A stretch of DNA of 64,000 bases from positions 4,226 through 68,225 of the forward strand of contig QCLI01000002.1 in assembly GCA_003214695.1 (NCBI GenBank). Reading direction: 5' to 3'. Positions within the stretch are counted from its first letter, which is position 1. The number at the start of each line of letters is the position of its first letter. Below, in pieces: positions 1 to 11,335 of this stretch. A program made the position numbers and the translations under genes. Origin of the DNA: Prochlorococcus sp. AG-412-P08. Its GTDB lineage: Bacteria; Cyanobacteriota; Cyanobacteriia; PCC-6307; Cyanobiaceae. The notes beneath the pieces are model-generated. The model worked only from the letters and a program-made list of their open reading frames with translations, did no database searches and was not told the DNA's origin.

Positions 1-1127
<1,127 letters not shown>

Positions 1128-1184
1128 CTAAAATTTCTATATATTCAATTGTTTATTTTCAATTTCTTTTTATTGGTGGTTTTT

Positions 1185-1532
1185 ATGACAAATGCCCTCT
1201 TGAAATCTACAACCAGACATATACGCATTTTTACTGCAATAGAAGAGGATTCTAATTTAGTTGAGGATTCAGATCACCTAACGCTTGATTTAGATCCTGA
1301 TAATGAATTTCTTTGGGAAGAGCAATCAATTAAGAAAATACAGAACCGGTTTTGTGAATTAGTTGATTCTCAAGCAGGCAAACAATTAAGCGATTACTCT
1401 CTGAGGAAAATTGGCTCAGCACTTGAGTCTGATATTCGTCAGATGCTACAAGCAGGAGAAATAAGCTATAACCCTGATTCAAGAGTACTTAATTATTCGA
1501 TGGGACTTCCTAGAACCTCAGATTTATTGTGA
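1185..1532 (+). CDS. ndhM: NAD(P)H-quinone oxidoreductase subunit M
   Basis: [13 protein letters not shown]...[13 protein letters not shown]...LNYSMGLPR motifs; ATG at 1185 preferred over the TTG at 1149. Confidence 0.93.
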   Translation: MTNALLKSTTRHIRIFTAIEEDSNLVEDSDHLTLDLDPDNEFLWEEQSIKKIQNRFCELVDSQAGKQLSDYSLRKIGSALESDIRQMLQAGEISYNPDSRVLNYSMGLPRTSDLL

Positions 1533-2167
1533 ATAGACCACCCTATAGGTCTTCTAAGCGACCTTCATCAAGAGAATCAGAGTCTCGATTTGGAACTTCA
1601 AGAGATCGTTCTCAAAGACGCTCTTTAGGTAATTCTTATGGCTCAGCATCTAGAAACCCTTCAAGTGGGGATGGTGGACCAATGAATATGAATACTGGAA
1701 CCATTGCTGTGCTTGCGGGAGTGCTTGTATTGGGAGTTGGTATTGGTAGTGCGATTACGAGTACATCTCAAGGGGGTTCAGGTAATATTGCAAGTCAACA
1801 GCAATTGGATATGGCAGTGCCAGATCCTGAATTTTGTAGGCAATGGGGAGCTAGTGCATTTGTAATTGATATAGAAATGTATACAACACTTAATCCATCT
1901 ACTAGTTTTGTCACACAACCAGCATTACAACCTGGATGCGTAATTCGAAGAGAAAATTGGTCTCTTTTGCAAAAGCAAGGAGCAATTACGAATGAAGATG
2001 TTAGAGAATGTAAGAATCGGATGAATACTTTTGCTTATATTGGTTCTATTAGGGATAAGCCATCAGTTAGATGCGTTTACCAAGCAGATGTAAATGATAA
2101 TAAGTTTATTATTAAAGGTGTAGAGGAAGAGGGTATAAGGGTTAATCAGGAAGCTATTCAGTTTTAA
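1529..2167 (+). CDS. Conserved cyanobacterial membrane-anchored protein (DUF3172-like)
   Basis: Arg/Ser-rich N-terminus, one TM helix, then [13 protein letters not shown]...[11 protein letters not shown]...CKNRMNTF; GTG overlaps the ndhM stop. Confidence 0.75.
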   Translation: MNRPPYRSSKRPSSRESESRFGTSRDRSQRRSLGNSYGSASRNPSSGDGGPMNMNTGTIAVLAGVLVLGVGIGSAITSTSQGGSGNIASQQQLDMAVPDPEFCRQWGASAFVIDIEMYTTLNPSTSFVTQPALQPGCVIRRENWSLLQKQGAITNEDVRECKNRMNTFAYIGSIRDKPSVRCVYQADVNDNKFIIKGVEEEGIRVNQEAIQF

Positions 2168-3134
2168 AGCTTGCATTTACTGAGTCTTTTGTTTGATCAT
2201 GAATAGGGCTATCTGAACTAGCAAAAACTGGCAGAATCTCTTTTGAAAAAGCTTCTGAAGCACGTGATGTATAGCGAGTAGGGTTACTAATAAACTTTAA
2301 TTCTCTTTTAACTTCTAAGTCAGCAATTATTGGTTTATGAACTGTTCCTGCTAATAATTCTCTCTCAATTGAAATTACTGGTAGAAACGCTGCTCCTAGA
2401 CCTGATTGCACAGCATTCTTTATTGCTTCTAAGGAATTTAGTTCCATTTCTATGCGAAGCCTTTGAACATCTAAACCAGAATTTGTTAATAATTGATCAA
2501 CAACTTTCCTTGTAGTTGACTGAGAATCAAGACTTACAAAACTGAGTCTGTACAAATCTTCTTTTCTTAATTCTTTGAGTCTTGCTAAGGGGTGCTTTTG
2601 AGAAAGAATTAGTGCTAATTCATCAGTTGCATACGGAATCACTTGCAATATTTCGTTTAGTTCAGTAGGCAATTGTCCCCCAATTATTGCTAGGTCAATT
2701 TGACCATTTGCAACGCTCCAACCAGTTCGGCGAGTGCTATGAACTTGCAATTGAACTGATACATCAGGAAATCTCTGACGAAATAGACCAATCATTCGTG
2801 GCATTAGATAGGTTCCTGTTGTTTGGCTGGCCCCAACAATTAATGAACCGCCTTTTAAATTATGTAAATCTTTAATAGCCCCACATGCTTCATCGCATTG
2901 GTTCAGGATTCTTTCGCAGTATTTAAGTAAGAGTTGCCCTCCTTCTGTAAGCTGAGCTTTTCTGCCTCCTCTGTCAAAGATTGTTAGTTCTAATTGTTTC
3001 TCTAGATTTTGAATTTGAAGGCTTACGGCAGGTTGAGTTATATAAAGACTTTGAGCAGCCTTTTTAAAACTTCCCTCTTGGACAATTGCCTTGAGGATAC
3101 GTAATTGATCTAGGGTGAAGGGCAATTCGGCCAT
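2154..3134 (-). CDS. rbcR: LysR-family transcriptional regulator RbcR/Ycf30
   Basis: [14 protein letters not shown]...SFKKAA..LY.TQPAVS HTH and [13 protein letters not shown]; ATG at 3134. Confidence 0.9.
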   Translation of the reverse strand: MAELPFTLDQLRILKAIVQEGSFKKAAQSLYITQPAVSLQIQNLEKQLELTIFDRGGRKAQLTEGGQLLLKYCERILNQCDEACGAIKDLHNLKGGSLIVGASQTTGTYLMPRMIGLFRQRFPDVSVQLQVHSTRRTGWSVANGQIDLAIIGGQLPTELNEILQVIPYATDELALILSQKHPLARLKELRKEDLYRLSFVSLDSQSTTRKVVDQLLTNSGLDVQRLRIEMELNSLEAIKNAVQSGLGAAFLPVISIERELLAGTVHKPIIADLEVKRELKFISNPTRYTSRASEAFSKEILPVFASSDSPIHDQTKDSVNASFKTE

Positions 3135-3230
3135 AGCGGCTGCCAAATGGGCAGCAAAGATACAGACTTATACTTGAGGACTCTAAGTCTCTCTGAATCG
3201 AAAAATCTTTAGATCAGACTTCTGCCACAA

Positions 3231-3968
3231 ATGTTTCAAGAAAATCTTCATCACAGCAGTTTGGTAATGCTTGGACTCTTGTTTGCATTTGCGGTAATCC
3301 ATAGCGGGGGTGCTGCATTCAGGACTCGAGCAGAATCCTTTGTTGGAGCAAGGTTATGGAGAATAATTTTTGCCAGTGCCAGTATTCCAATGGCATCTAT
3401 TCTAATTTTATATTTTCTTGTACATCGTTACGATGGCGTTCGCCTCTGGAATTTTCAAGGTATTCCAGGAATGGTTCCATTTATCTGGATGACTACAGCC
3501 ATTAGTTTTTTATTTTTATACCCAGCTACATACAACCTTTTAGAAATTCCTGCTTTGGCAAAGCCTCAAGTCAGATTATATGAACAAGGAATTATCAGAG
3601 TAAGTAGACACCCTCAAGCCATTGGACAAATCCTTTGGTGTGTTTCTCATGGTCTTTGGATTGGCAGTAGTTTTATGTTAATAACTTCTGCTGGCTTGAT
3701 AGGTCATCATTTATTTTCTATATGGCATGGAGATAGACGTTTAAAGGTGAGATTTGGTGAGGAATTTGAGAAACTCAAAACAAATACATCAGTAATTCCG
3801 TTCCTTGCCGTTTTTGATGGCAGACAAAAATTGCAATGGAAGGAATTCATTCGTCCCTCTCAGCTAGGTATATTGATTGCAGTAGCTGCGTTTTGGTGGT
3901 CTCATCGTTTTATTTCAGCTGGAACGGAATTGTTTTTATCTTCCAAGTTAACTGAACTCTTAGCGTGA
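3231..3968 (+). CDS. NnrU-family membrane protein, probable 15-cis-zeta-carotene isomerase (Z-ISO)
   Basis: Multi-TM; FAVIHSGGA, HRYDG..LW, FLFLYPATYNLLE, RHPQ..GQ..WCxxH and TSVIPF motifs shared with plant Z-ISO. Confidence 0.8.
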   Translation: MFQENLHHSSLVMLGLLFAFAVIHSGGAAFRTRAESFVGARLWRIIFASASIPMASILILYFLVHRYDGVRLWNFQGIPGMVPFIWMTTAISFLFLYPATYNLLEIPALAKPQVRLYEQGIIRVSRHPQAIGQILWCVSHGLWIGSSFMLITSAGLIGHHLFSIWHGDRRLKVRFGEEFEKLKTNTSVIPFLAVFDGRQKLQWKEFIRPSQLGILIAVAAFWWSHRFISAGTELFLSSKLTELLA

Positions 3969-4002
3969 AATGCCTACACTCTCAAGGGTATGACAACACA
4001 GA

Positions 4003-6006
4003 ATGCTATCGCCAACTGAAATTGCTTGGTTAATACCATTGCTTCCTCTTTTAGGTGCACTTGCATCAGGGTTGGGATTAATTGGTTTCAATCAAGGTAT
4101 GAATCGGTTAAAGAAACCGGTTGCGGTCATATTACTCACTTGTGTTGGTGCATCAGCTGTTTTAAGCTTCGCGGTCCTTTTTGAACAGATATCTAATCCA
4201 CACGCAGTTCAACATCTTTTTGTTTGGGCGAGCGCAGGAGACTTTACTTTGCCTATGGGTTACGTAGTAGATCCTTTAGGCTCGGTGATGCTTGCTTTAG
4301 TTACAACCATTGCCCTTTTGGTGATGATTTATTCACATGGGTATATGGCGCATGACAAAGGATATGTAAGGTTTTTTACTTATTTAGCCTTGTTTAGTAG
4401 TTCGATGCTAGGGCTGATTATTAGCCCAAATTTATTGGAAATATATGTTTTCTGGGAACTAGTTGGGATGTGTTCATATCTCCTTGTTGGTTTTTGGTAT
4501 GACCGAGATGGAGCTGCACATGCTGCTCAAAAGGCTTTTGTAGTTAATAGAGTTGGTGACTTTGGACTATTACTTGGGATACTTGGTTTATTTTGGGCTA
4601 CAGGAACTTTTGATTTTAATGGAATTGCTATAGGTCTTTCGGATGCAATTTCTTCAGGCAATGTTCCCGAGTGGGCGGCTTTAGTACTTTGCTTTTTAGT
4701 CTTTTTAGGACCAATGGCAAAGTCTGCCCAATTTCCTTTACATGTTTGGTTGCCAGATGCAATGGAAGGGCCCACACCTATTTCAGCACTTATTCATGCA
4801 GCAACAATGGTCGCTGCTGGTGTGTTCCTTGTAGCTCGTCTAGAGCCTTTGTATAGCCAGTTCCCTTTAATAAATCTTTTGATTGCAATTTTTGGAACAA
4901 TTACTTGTTTCTTAGGTGCTTCTATCGCCCTTACTCAAATGGATTTAAAAAAAGGACTAGCGTATAGCACTGTTTCTCAATTGGGTTACATGATGCTTGC
5001 GATGGGTTGCGGGGCTCCTATAGCAGGGATGTTCCATTTGGTCACACATGCTTTTTTCAAGGCAATGCTCTTTTTGGGATCAGGCTCTGTTATTCATGCA
5101 ATGGAAGAAGTAGTAGGACATGAACCTGTGTTGGCTCAGGATATGAGATTAATGGGTGGGTTGAGAAAAAAAATGCCGATCACTGCTCTTACTTTCCTAG
5201 TCGGATGTGTTGCGATTAGTGGAATTCCACCTCTTGCTGGTTTTTGGAGTAAAGATGAAATACTGGGCGAGGCCTTCAATTCATTTCCCATTCTGTGGGT
5301 TGTTGGATTTATGACAGCAGGGATGACTGCTTTTTATATGTTTAGGCTTTATTTTTTGACATTTGAAGGGGAATTCAGAGGGGAAAATAAGGAGCTCCAA
5401 ATGGGTTTATTAGCATCTGCAGGAAAAGAAAAAGATGATGAAGATTTTCATAGTTCAGGAACTATCCATGAATCTTCATGGTCAATGACGACCCCGTTAA
5501 TTGTTTTGGCTGTTCCTTCAGTCTTGATTGGGTTTTTAGGAACTCCTTGGAATAGTAGCTTTGCAAAATTGCTGAATGTGGAAGAAGCTTCTGAAATGGC
5601 TAGTAAATTTAGTTGGGCGGGCTTTCTTCCTTTAGCTTGTGCATCTGTATTGATTTCTTGTGCTGGGATTTCGTTGGCATATTTTGCTTATTACTCAAGA
5701 CAATTAGACCTAACATCCTTAGTTGTGAAAAAAGTTCCTTCTATTAACTCCTTCTTCGCTAACAAATGGTACCTAGATGAGATTAATGAGAAATTATTTG
5801 TTCGAGGCAGTCGAAAACTAGCTCGCGAAGTTTTAGAAGTTGATGCAAAGGTGGTTGATGGAGTTGTTAATTTAACGGGCTTGTTGACTTTAGGGAGTGG
5901 AGAAGGGTTGAAATACTTTGAGACAGGTAGAGCACAATTTTATGCATTAATTATTTTTGGAGGTGTCATTGCTTTGGTTGCATTGTTTGGAGTTCTTGGC
6001 ACTTAA
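4003..6006 (+). CDS. ndhF: NDH-1 subunit 5 (NdhF1)
   Basis: KSAQFPLHVWLPDAMEGPTPISALIHAATMV; 667 aa polytopic membrane protein. Confidence 0.97.
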   Translation: MLSPTEIAWLIPLLPLLGALASGLGLIGFNQGMNRLKKPVAVILLTCVGASAVLSFAVLFEQISNPHAVQHLFVWASAGDFTLPMGYVVDPLGSVMLALVTTIALLVMIYSHGYMAHDKGYVRFFTYLALFSSSMLGLIISPNLLEIYVFWELVGMCSYLLVGFWYDRDGAAHAAQKAFVVNRVGDFGLLLGILGLFWATGTFDFNGIAIGLSDAISSGNVPEWAALVLCFLVFLGPMAKSAQFPLHVWLPDAMEGPTPISALIHAATMVAAGVFLVARLEPLYSQFPLINLLIAIFGTITCFLGASIALTQMDLKKGLAYSTVSQLGYMMLAMGCGAPIAGMFHLVTHAFFKAMLFLGSGSVIHAMEEVVGHEPVLAQDMRLMGGLRKKMPITALTFLVGCVAISGIPPLAGFWSKDEILGEAFNSFPILWVVGFMTAGMTAFYMFRLYFLTFEGEFRGENKELQMGLLASAGKEKDDEDFHSSGTIHESSWSMTTPLIVLAVPSVLIGFLGTPWNSSFAKLLNVEEASEMASKFSWAGFLPLACASVLISCAGISLAYFAYYSRQLDLTSLVVKKVPSINSFFANKWYLDEINEKLFVRGSRKLAREVLEVDAKVVDGVVNLTGLLTLGSGEGLKYFETGRAQFYALIIFGGVIALVALFGVLGT

Positions 6007-6062
6007 CCTGAGCGATTAATGGTCCTTGTGTGTGTCATCCCCTATCGATTGGATGCGATAGC

Positions 6063-6105
6063 TGTAAGTATTTCTACACTCCAAAAAGAGTAGGGAAATT
6101 ACTTT
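6063..6105 (+). promoter_or_regulatory. Putative NtcA-activated promoter upstream of ndhD1
   Basis: tGTA-AGTATTTC-TACa at 6063-6078; TAC followed by exactly 22 nt, then TACTTT (TAN3T) at 6100-6105. Confidence 0.4.
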
Positions 6106-6106
6106 A

Positions 6107-7783
6107 GTGTTTGATCTTGTGCCAGTTTCATTTTGTGCAATTATCCCTGGCCAGATACCGGAACCTATTCCATCTGAATTCCCTTGGTTGTCCTTGTCGA
6201 TTCTCTTTCCAATAGGAGGATCTCTTCTCGTACCTTTTTTTCCTGATGAGGGAGATGGTAAACAAGTTAGATGGTATGCACTAGGAATTGCATTAGTCAC
6301 TTTTTTAATAACAGTTGGGGCATATTTAAAGGGATACGATCCATCTCAGTCAGGACTTCAGCTGTCTGAGCGTATTGAATGGTTGCCTGATTTAGGACTC
6401 ACATGGTCTGTAGGCGCTGATGGCCTTTCGATGCCTTTAATCCTGCTGACAAGTTTTATTACTGCTTTAGCGGTTCTAGCAGCATGGCCTGTGAGTTTTA
6501 AACCCAAACTTTTTTTCTTCTTGATCTTGGCTATGGATGGTGGGCAAATAGCTGTATTTGCTGTACAAGATATGCTTTTATTTTTTCTAGCCTGGGAATT
6601 AGAACTATTACCTGTTTATTTGTTGTTAGCAATATGGGGCGGTAAAAAAAGACAATATGCAGCGACCAAATTCATTATTTATACAGCAGGAAGCTCCCTT
6701 TTTATTCTTCTTGCAGGTTTAGCGATGGGCTTCTTTGGAGGAGGCCCTCCAAACTTTGAATTTACACATCTTGCGAATCAAAATTTTGGAACTGGCTTTC
6801 AGTTGCTTTGTTATGGAGGATTGCTCATTGCCTTTGGTGTAAAACTCCCAATAGTTCCTTTGCATACTTGGTTGCCAGATGCGCATGGAGAGGCAACGGC
6901 ACCTGTTCATATGCTTTTAGCAGGAATTTTATTGAAGATGGGTGGATATGCACTTTTAAGATTTAATGCTCAATTGCTACCAGCAGCTCATGCTCAATTT
7001 GCTCCACTCTTAATAGTATTGGGTGTTGTAAATATTATTTACGCAGCGCTTACTTCTTTTGCTCAAAGGAATTTAAAAAGAAAAATTGCATATAGCTCAA
7101 TTAGTCATATGGGTTTTGTGCTGATAGGTATAGGTAGTTTTAGTTCTTTAGGCACAAGTGGAGCAATGCTGCAGATGATTAGTCATGGATTAATTGGAGC
7201 AAGCTTGTTTTTCTTAGTCGGAGCAACTTATGACCGCACCCATACTCTTCAACTAAATGAGATGGGAGGGGTGGGACAGAAAATGAGAATAATGTTTGCA
7301 CTTTGGACTGTCTGTTCCTTAGCTTCTTTGGCTCTACCAGGTATGAGTGGATTTGTTTCTGAATTGATGGTTTTTGCTGGCTTGGTTACCGATGAAGTTT
7401 ATACCCTTCCTTTTAGAATTGTAATTGCAGGACTCGCTGCAATTGGAGTAATTCTCACACCTATTTACTTACTCTCAATGTTGAGAGAGATCTTCTTTGG
7501 CAAAGAAAATATTGATCTGCTTGCCAAAAGAGAACTTGTTGATGCGGAGCCAAGAGAGATATATATAATTGGTAGCCTTCTTGTTCCAATTATCGGAATA
7601 GGTTTGTATCCAAGAATTATGACTGAGACCTATACAGCATCCATAGATGGACTTGTTGCTAGAGATAAGGTTGCTATTGAAAGAATAGTGAATATCTCTG
7701 AAAGTTATTCTTCTAATGGCAAGCTATCAATACCTAAATCATCAGTCCCAAATCTTAATATTTATAATTCCACTAGTTCTTAA
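6107..7783 (+). CDS. ndhD: NDH-1 subunit 4 (NdhD1)
   Basis: FPWLS..., [48 protein letters not shown]; start uncertain (GTG 6107 or 6119). Confidence 0.96.
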   Translation: MFDLVPVSFCAIIPGQIPEPIPSEFPWLSLSILFPIGGSLLVPFFPDEGDGKQVRWYALGIALVTFLITVGAYLKGYDPSQSGLQLSERIEWLPDLGLTWSVGADGLSMPLILLTSFITALAVLAAWPVSFKPKLFFFLILAMDGGQIAVFAVQDMLLFFLAWELELLPVYLLLAIWGGKKRQYAATKFIIYTAGSSLFILLAGLAMGFFGGGPPNFEFTHLANQNFGTGFQLLCYGGLLIAFGVKLPIVPLHTWLPDAHGEATAPVHMLLAGILLKMGGYALLRFNAQLLPAAHAQFAPLLIVLGVVNIIYAALTSFAQRNLKRKIAYSSISHMGFVLIGIGSFSSLGTSGAMLQMISHGLIGASLFFLVGATYDRTHTLQLNEMGGVGQKMRIMFALWTVCSLASLALPGMSGFVSELMVFAGLVTDEVYTLPFRIVIAGLAAIGVILTPIYLLSMLREIFFGKENIDLLAKRELVDAEPREIYIIGSLLVPIIGIGLYPRIMTETYTASIDGLVARDKVAIERIVNISESYSSNGKLSIPKSSVPNLNIYNSTSS

Positions 7784-7974
7784 TTGGAAATTTCCTAATT
7801 CATAAAAGTCTGATTCGATTATTGAATTCTTCGGAAGATAATAACGTCATTGAGAATTATTCAGTTGAGTTTTTTTGAATTAACTTTGCAAAGAATATCT
7901 TTGAATATATTTCTTGTTTTTTTATGGCATTTAGCTTAATCTATCGTTAACTTTCCTTAAGAAGCTTTTAATCT

Positions 7975-8856
7975 TTGCCTTTAGAAGAGATTAAGAAAAC
8001 ATCTAGTTCTGGAGCTAGACTTGCTATTCGCTTATTGCAAGATGCAGCTCAGAATGGAGAGATTGATCCTTGGGATATAGATGTTATTCCTGTCATAGAT
8101 GGCTTTTTAGATCAGTTGAGACATCGTATTGAATGTCCTAATAAAGCACGTTCTGGATCAGGAGGAACTTTTGAGAGGGATTTAGCAGAAAGTAGTGAGG
8201 CTTTTCTTGCTGCTTCAGTGTTAGTTGGTTTAAAAGCCGAAGTTCTTGAAGCAGATATTTTCCCTATAGAAGATGATCTAGAAGATGATTTTGATTTGTC
8301 TTTTTCAGAACAAGGTTGGCTTGATCCCACACTGAATTTCCCAAGACACCCTGAAAGGCATCTTTATCGCCGCCCAGTGGCCCCTCCGCCTTTGAAAAGG
8401 GCTGTCTCGCTTGGTGAGCTTATAGAGCAGCTTGAGTCCATTGCTCAAACAATAGAGGCTGATGAATTGCAGAGTAGGAGACGAAGGCGTGATAAAAGAT
8501 TTAGTGATAAGCAGATTATTGAGCAAGTAACTTCTCTTGCTCATAGAGAAAAGTTACCTGAAACGACTGCAGCGTTGGGAGTGTTTTTAAGTAATTGGGA
8601 GGAAGCATTGCATTGGGCTGATTTTGATTCATTGGTGAAAGAGTGGAATGATGTTGCTTCAGCAGATTTGGATACTGATCGAGTTGGTGTTTTTTGGGCG
8701 TTGCTCTTTTTGTCTTCTCAAGGGAAAATTGAACTAATGCAAGAAGGTTTTTTATATGCACCACTTAGATTAAAGAGAATCTTGGAACCTGGTAGCGTAA
8801 CCCAATTACCTTTAAATACTATGGAAGTGACAGCTTCTTCGCCGGCAGTAGCGTAA
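7975..8856 (+). CDS. scpA: Segregation/condensation protein A (kleisin)
   Basis: GEIDPWDIDVI, LAHREKLPE and DRVGVFWALLFLSSQGKIEL.Q motifs of cyanobacterial ScpA. Confidence 0.85.
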   Translation: MPLEEIKKTSSSGARLAIRLLQDAAQNGEIDPWDIDVIPVIDGFLDQLRHRIECPNKARSGSGGTFERDLAESSEAFLAASVLVGLKAEVLEADIFPIEDDLEDDFDLSFSEQGWLDPTLNFPRHPERHLYRRPVAPPPLKRAVSLGELIEQLESIAQTIEADELQSRRRRRDKRFSDKQIIEQVTSLAHREKLPETTAALGVFLSNWEEALHWADFDSLVKEWNDVASADLDTDRVGVFWALLFLSSQGKIELMQEGFLYAPLRLKRILEPGSVTQLPLNTMEVTASSPAVA

Positions 8857-8917
8857 TAAGTGGTATATATATCGTTGCTTATTTGGCCTGAAAACTTAAA
8901 TGGGGCCTAAAACGTCT

Positions 8918-10096
8918 ATGAAGGCGATGATCCTTGCTGCTGGTAAAGGAACTCGAGTCCAACCAATCACGCATGTCATTCCAAAACCAATGATCCCAAT
9001 TCTTCAGAAACCTGTTATGGAGTTTTTGTTGGAGTTATTGAAGGAACATGGGTTTAAAGAAATAATGGTTAATGTTTCACATTTGGCAGAAGAAATTGAG
9101 AATTATTTTAGAGACGGTCAAAGATTTGGAGTTGAAATTGCTTATAGCTTTGAAGGACGCATTGAAGACGGTGAGCTTGTTGGAGATGCTTTAGGTTCGG
9201 CAGGAGGTTTGAAAAAAATCCAGGACTTTCAGAAGTTTTTTGATGATACTTTTGTTGTTTTATGTGGTGACGCTCTAATTGACTTGGACCTTTCCGAAGC
9301 TGTAAAACGTCATAAGCAAAAAGGAGCATTGGCCACTTTAATTACAAAAAGTGTTCCACAGGAGAATGTAAGCAGCTATGGAGTTGTAGTTACTGATGAA
9401 GATGGCCGGGTTAAAGCTTTTCAAGAAAAACCATCAATAGATTCTGCTCTTAGTAATAAGATTAATACGGGAATCTATTTGTTTGAACCAGAAATATTTG
9501 AATATATTCCTTCTAATCAACCTTTTGATATTGGTGCGGATCTTTTCCCAAAATTAGTTGAGATAGGTGCCCCTTTCTTTGCATTGTCAATGGATTTTGA
9601 ATGGGTCGATATAGGTAAAGTTCCAGATTATTGGAGTGCGATTCGAAATGTATTACTTGGAGAAGTTAGACAAATTGAAATACCTGGGAAGAAAGTTAGG
9701 CCAGGTATATATACCGGATTAAATGTTTCAGCTAATTGGGATAAAATTAATGTTACTGGACCTATTTATGTAGGTGGCATGAGTTGCATTGAAGATGGAG
9801 CAACAATTGTTGGACCTTCGATGATTGGACCAAGTTGTTATATTTGTGAAGGGGCAACAATTGACAATTCGATAATTTTTGACTATTCCCGTATTGGACC
9901 TGGTGTGCAACTTTTAGAAAAATTAGTATTTGGCAGGTACTGTGTTGATAAAAATGGTGACCATTTAGATTTACAAGACGCAGCCCTTGATTGGTTGATT
10001 ACAGATTCTCGGAGACAAGATTTAGGGCAACCATCCCCCCAGCAGAAAGCCATGGCTGAATTGTTAGGTACTGATCTTATTGGAACTGTTAATTAA
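8918..10096 (+). CDS. cugP: NDP-sugar pyrophosphorylase, probably cyanobacterial UDP-glucose pyrophosphorylase CugP
   Basis: MKAMILAAGKGTRVQPIT..PKPM, FQEKP and a C-terminal left-handed beta-helix. Confidence 0.8.
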   Translation: MKAMILAAGKGTRVQPITHVIPKPMIPILQKPVMEFLLELLKEHGFKEIMVNVSHLAEEIENYFRDGQRFGVEIAYSFEGRIEDGELVGDALGSAGGLKKIQDFQKFFDDTFVVLCGDALIDLDLSEAVKRHKQKGALATLITKSVPQENVSSYGVVVTDEDGRVKAFQEKPSIDSALSNKINTGIYLFEPEIFEYIPSNQPFDIGADLFPKLVEIGAPFFALSMDFEWVDIGKVPDYWSAIRNVLLGEVRQIEIPGKKVRPGIYTGLNVSANWDKINVTGPIYVGGMSCIEDGATIVGPSMIGPSCYICEGATIDNSIIFDYSRIGPGVQLLEKLVFGRYCVDKNGDHLDLQDAALDWLITDSRRQDLGQPSPQQKAMAELLGTDLIGTVN

Positions 10097-11003
10097 TCTT
10101 TGCTAGCTCAAGTATTTCTGGGATCTTATGCTCTGCTTTTATTGCCATAATGTGAACTCCTTTTGCTATTCCTGTAAATCTTTTAACTTGTTCTGCAGCA
10201 ATTGATATTCCTTCTAAATAAGGATCTTCAGCTTTTTCGAGTCTATTTAAGATTGCTTCTGGTATAGATGCACCTGGAACAACCTTGTTAATAAAATGAG
10301 CATTTTTGGCAGATTTCAATAAAAAGACACCCGCCAATGTAGGAAGCTCAAGAGGATCTGCAATTTCTTTACAAAATCGTTCAAGTATTTTGGGATCCAT
10401 CACCATTTGAGTTTGTAAGAAGCTAGCTCCGCTATTTTTCTTTCTTTCTAATCTTTTCCTTAGGCTATTGAAATTTTTCGAATTAGGATCGGCTGCTGCT
10501 CCAGTGAATAGGTTTGTTGGCCCACTATCAAGCCATCCAGAGACAGGATCTTCTCCTCTATTCAGTGCAGAGATTTGCTTTAGAAGTTGAACTGATTCGT
10601 AATCGTGCACTGGTCTTGCATTAGGTTGGTCACCTACACGCACTGGATCACCGGTAAGGCACAAAACATTTTTAATTCCTAAAGCATTCGCTCCTAAAAT
10701 TTCTGCTTGGAGCCCAATTCGATTTTTATCTCTACAAGTGATTTGGAGGATAGGTTCTATGTTGTCTTCTAAAAGTAATTTACAAACTGCAAGACTACTC
10801 ATTCTCATGATTGCTCTGCTCCCATCGGTAACATTAATTGCGTGTACTTTTCCTCTTAATTCCCTAGCCTTCGCAAGGGCCTTTGAGGCGTCGCCTCCAC
10901 GTGGGGGCATGACTTCTGCCGTGATTGTGACTTCACCTGAGTGAAGTGATTTTTGAAGAATGGAATTCAAGTTTCTTATTAGATAATTACTATTACTTAT
11001 CAA
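10089..11003 (-). CDS. metF: Methylenetetrahydrofolate reductase
   Basis: ITAEVMPPRG, NVTDGSRA, CRDKNRI.LQ, LCLTGDP and FLQTQ. Confidence 0.9.
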   Translation of the reverse strand: MISNSNYLIRNLNSILQKSLHSGEVTITAEVMPPRGGDASKALAKARELRGKVHAINVTDGSRAIMRMSSLAVCKLLLEDNIEPILQITCRDKNRIGLQAEILGANALGIKNVLCLTGDPVRVGDQPNARPVHDYESVQLLKQISALNRGEDPVSGWLDSGPTNLFTGAAADPNSKNFNSLRKRLERKKNSGASFLQTQMVMDPKILERFCKEIADPLELPTLAGVFLLKSAKNAHFINKVVPGASIPEAILNRLEKAEDPYLEGISIAAEQVKRFTGIAKGVHIMAIKAEHKIPEILELAKIN

Positions 11004-11041
11004 TGACCCTAGCTTGCGTAATATGAATTAGATAAGTTGCG

Positions 11042-11335
11042 ATGGAGGGCATGTTTTCAGGAGATTTCTCCAATTCTGTTCAAATGTCCCTTTCTGCAAG
11101 AGAAATGGAGATTATTGAACTTGTTGCTGATGGGCTAACTAATCAAGAGATAGCTCAAAAGTTAACGATCAGTAAACGTACTGTAGATAATCACGTGAGC
11201 AATATGTTTACTAAAACAGGTTCTAAGAATCGAGTTGCACTATTGAATTGGGCAATGGATCATGGAAAAATATGTAGGGATGGATTTAATTGTTGTTCTT
11301 TGCCGGATGACGAATCTCCCTCACCGGACGCTTAG
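11042..11335 (+). CDS. pedR: Small LuxR-type HTH regulator, PedR-like
   Basis: LSAREMEIIELVADGLTNQEIA..L.ISKRTVDNHVSN plus the C-terminal GKICRDGFNCC cysteines. Confidence 0.85.
   Translation: MEGMFSGDFSNSVQMSLSAREMEIIELVADGLTNQEIAQKLTISKRTVDNHVSNMFTKTGSKNRVALLNWAMDHGKICRDGFNCCSLPDDESPSPDA

Noticed and set aside
6016-6300. 94-aa minus-strand ORF across the ndhF/ndhD junction
   Set aside because: Mostly antisense to ndhD1 and without recognisable features.
7784-7974. AT-rich spacer after ndhD1 as an sRNA or terminator
   Set aside because: Only short A/T palindromes expected by chance; no GC stem with a U tract.
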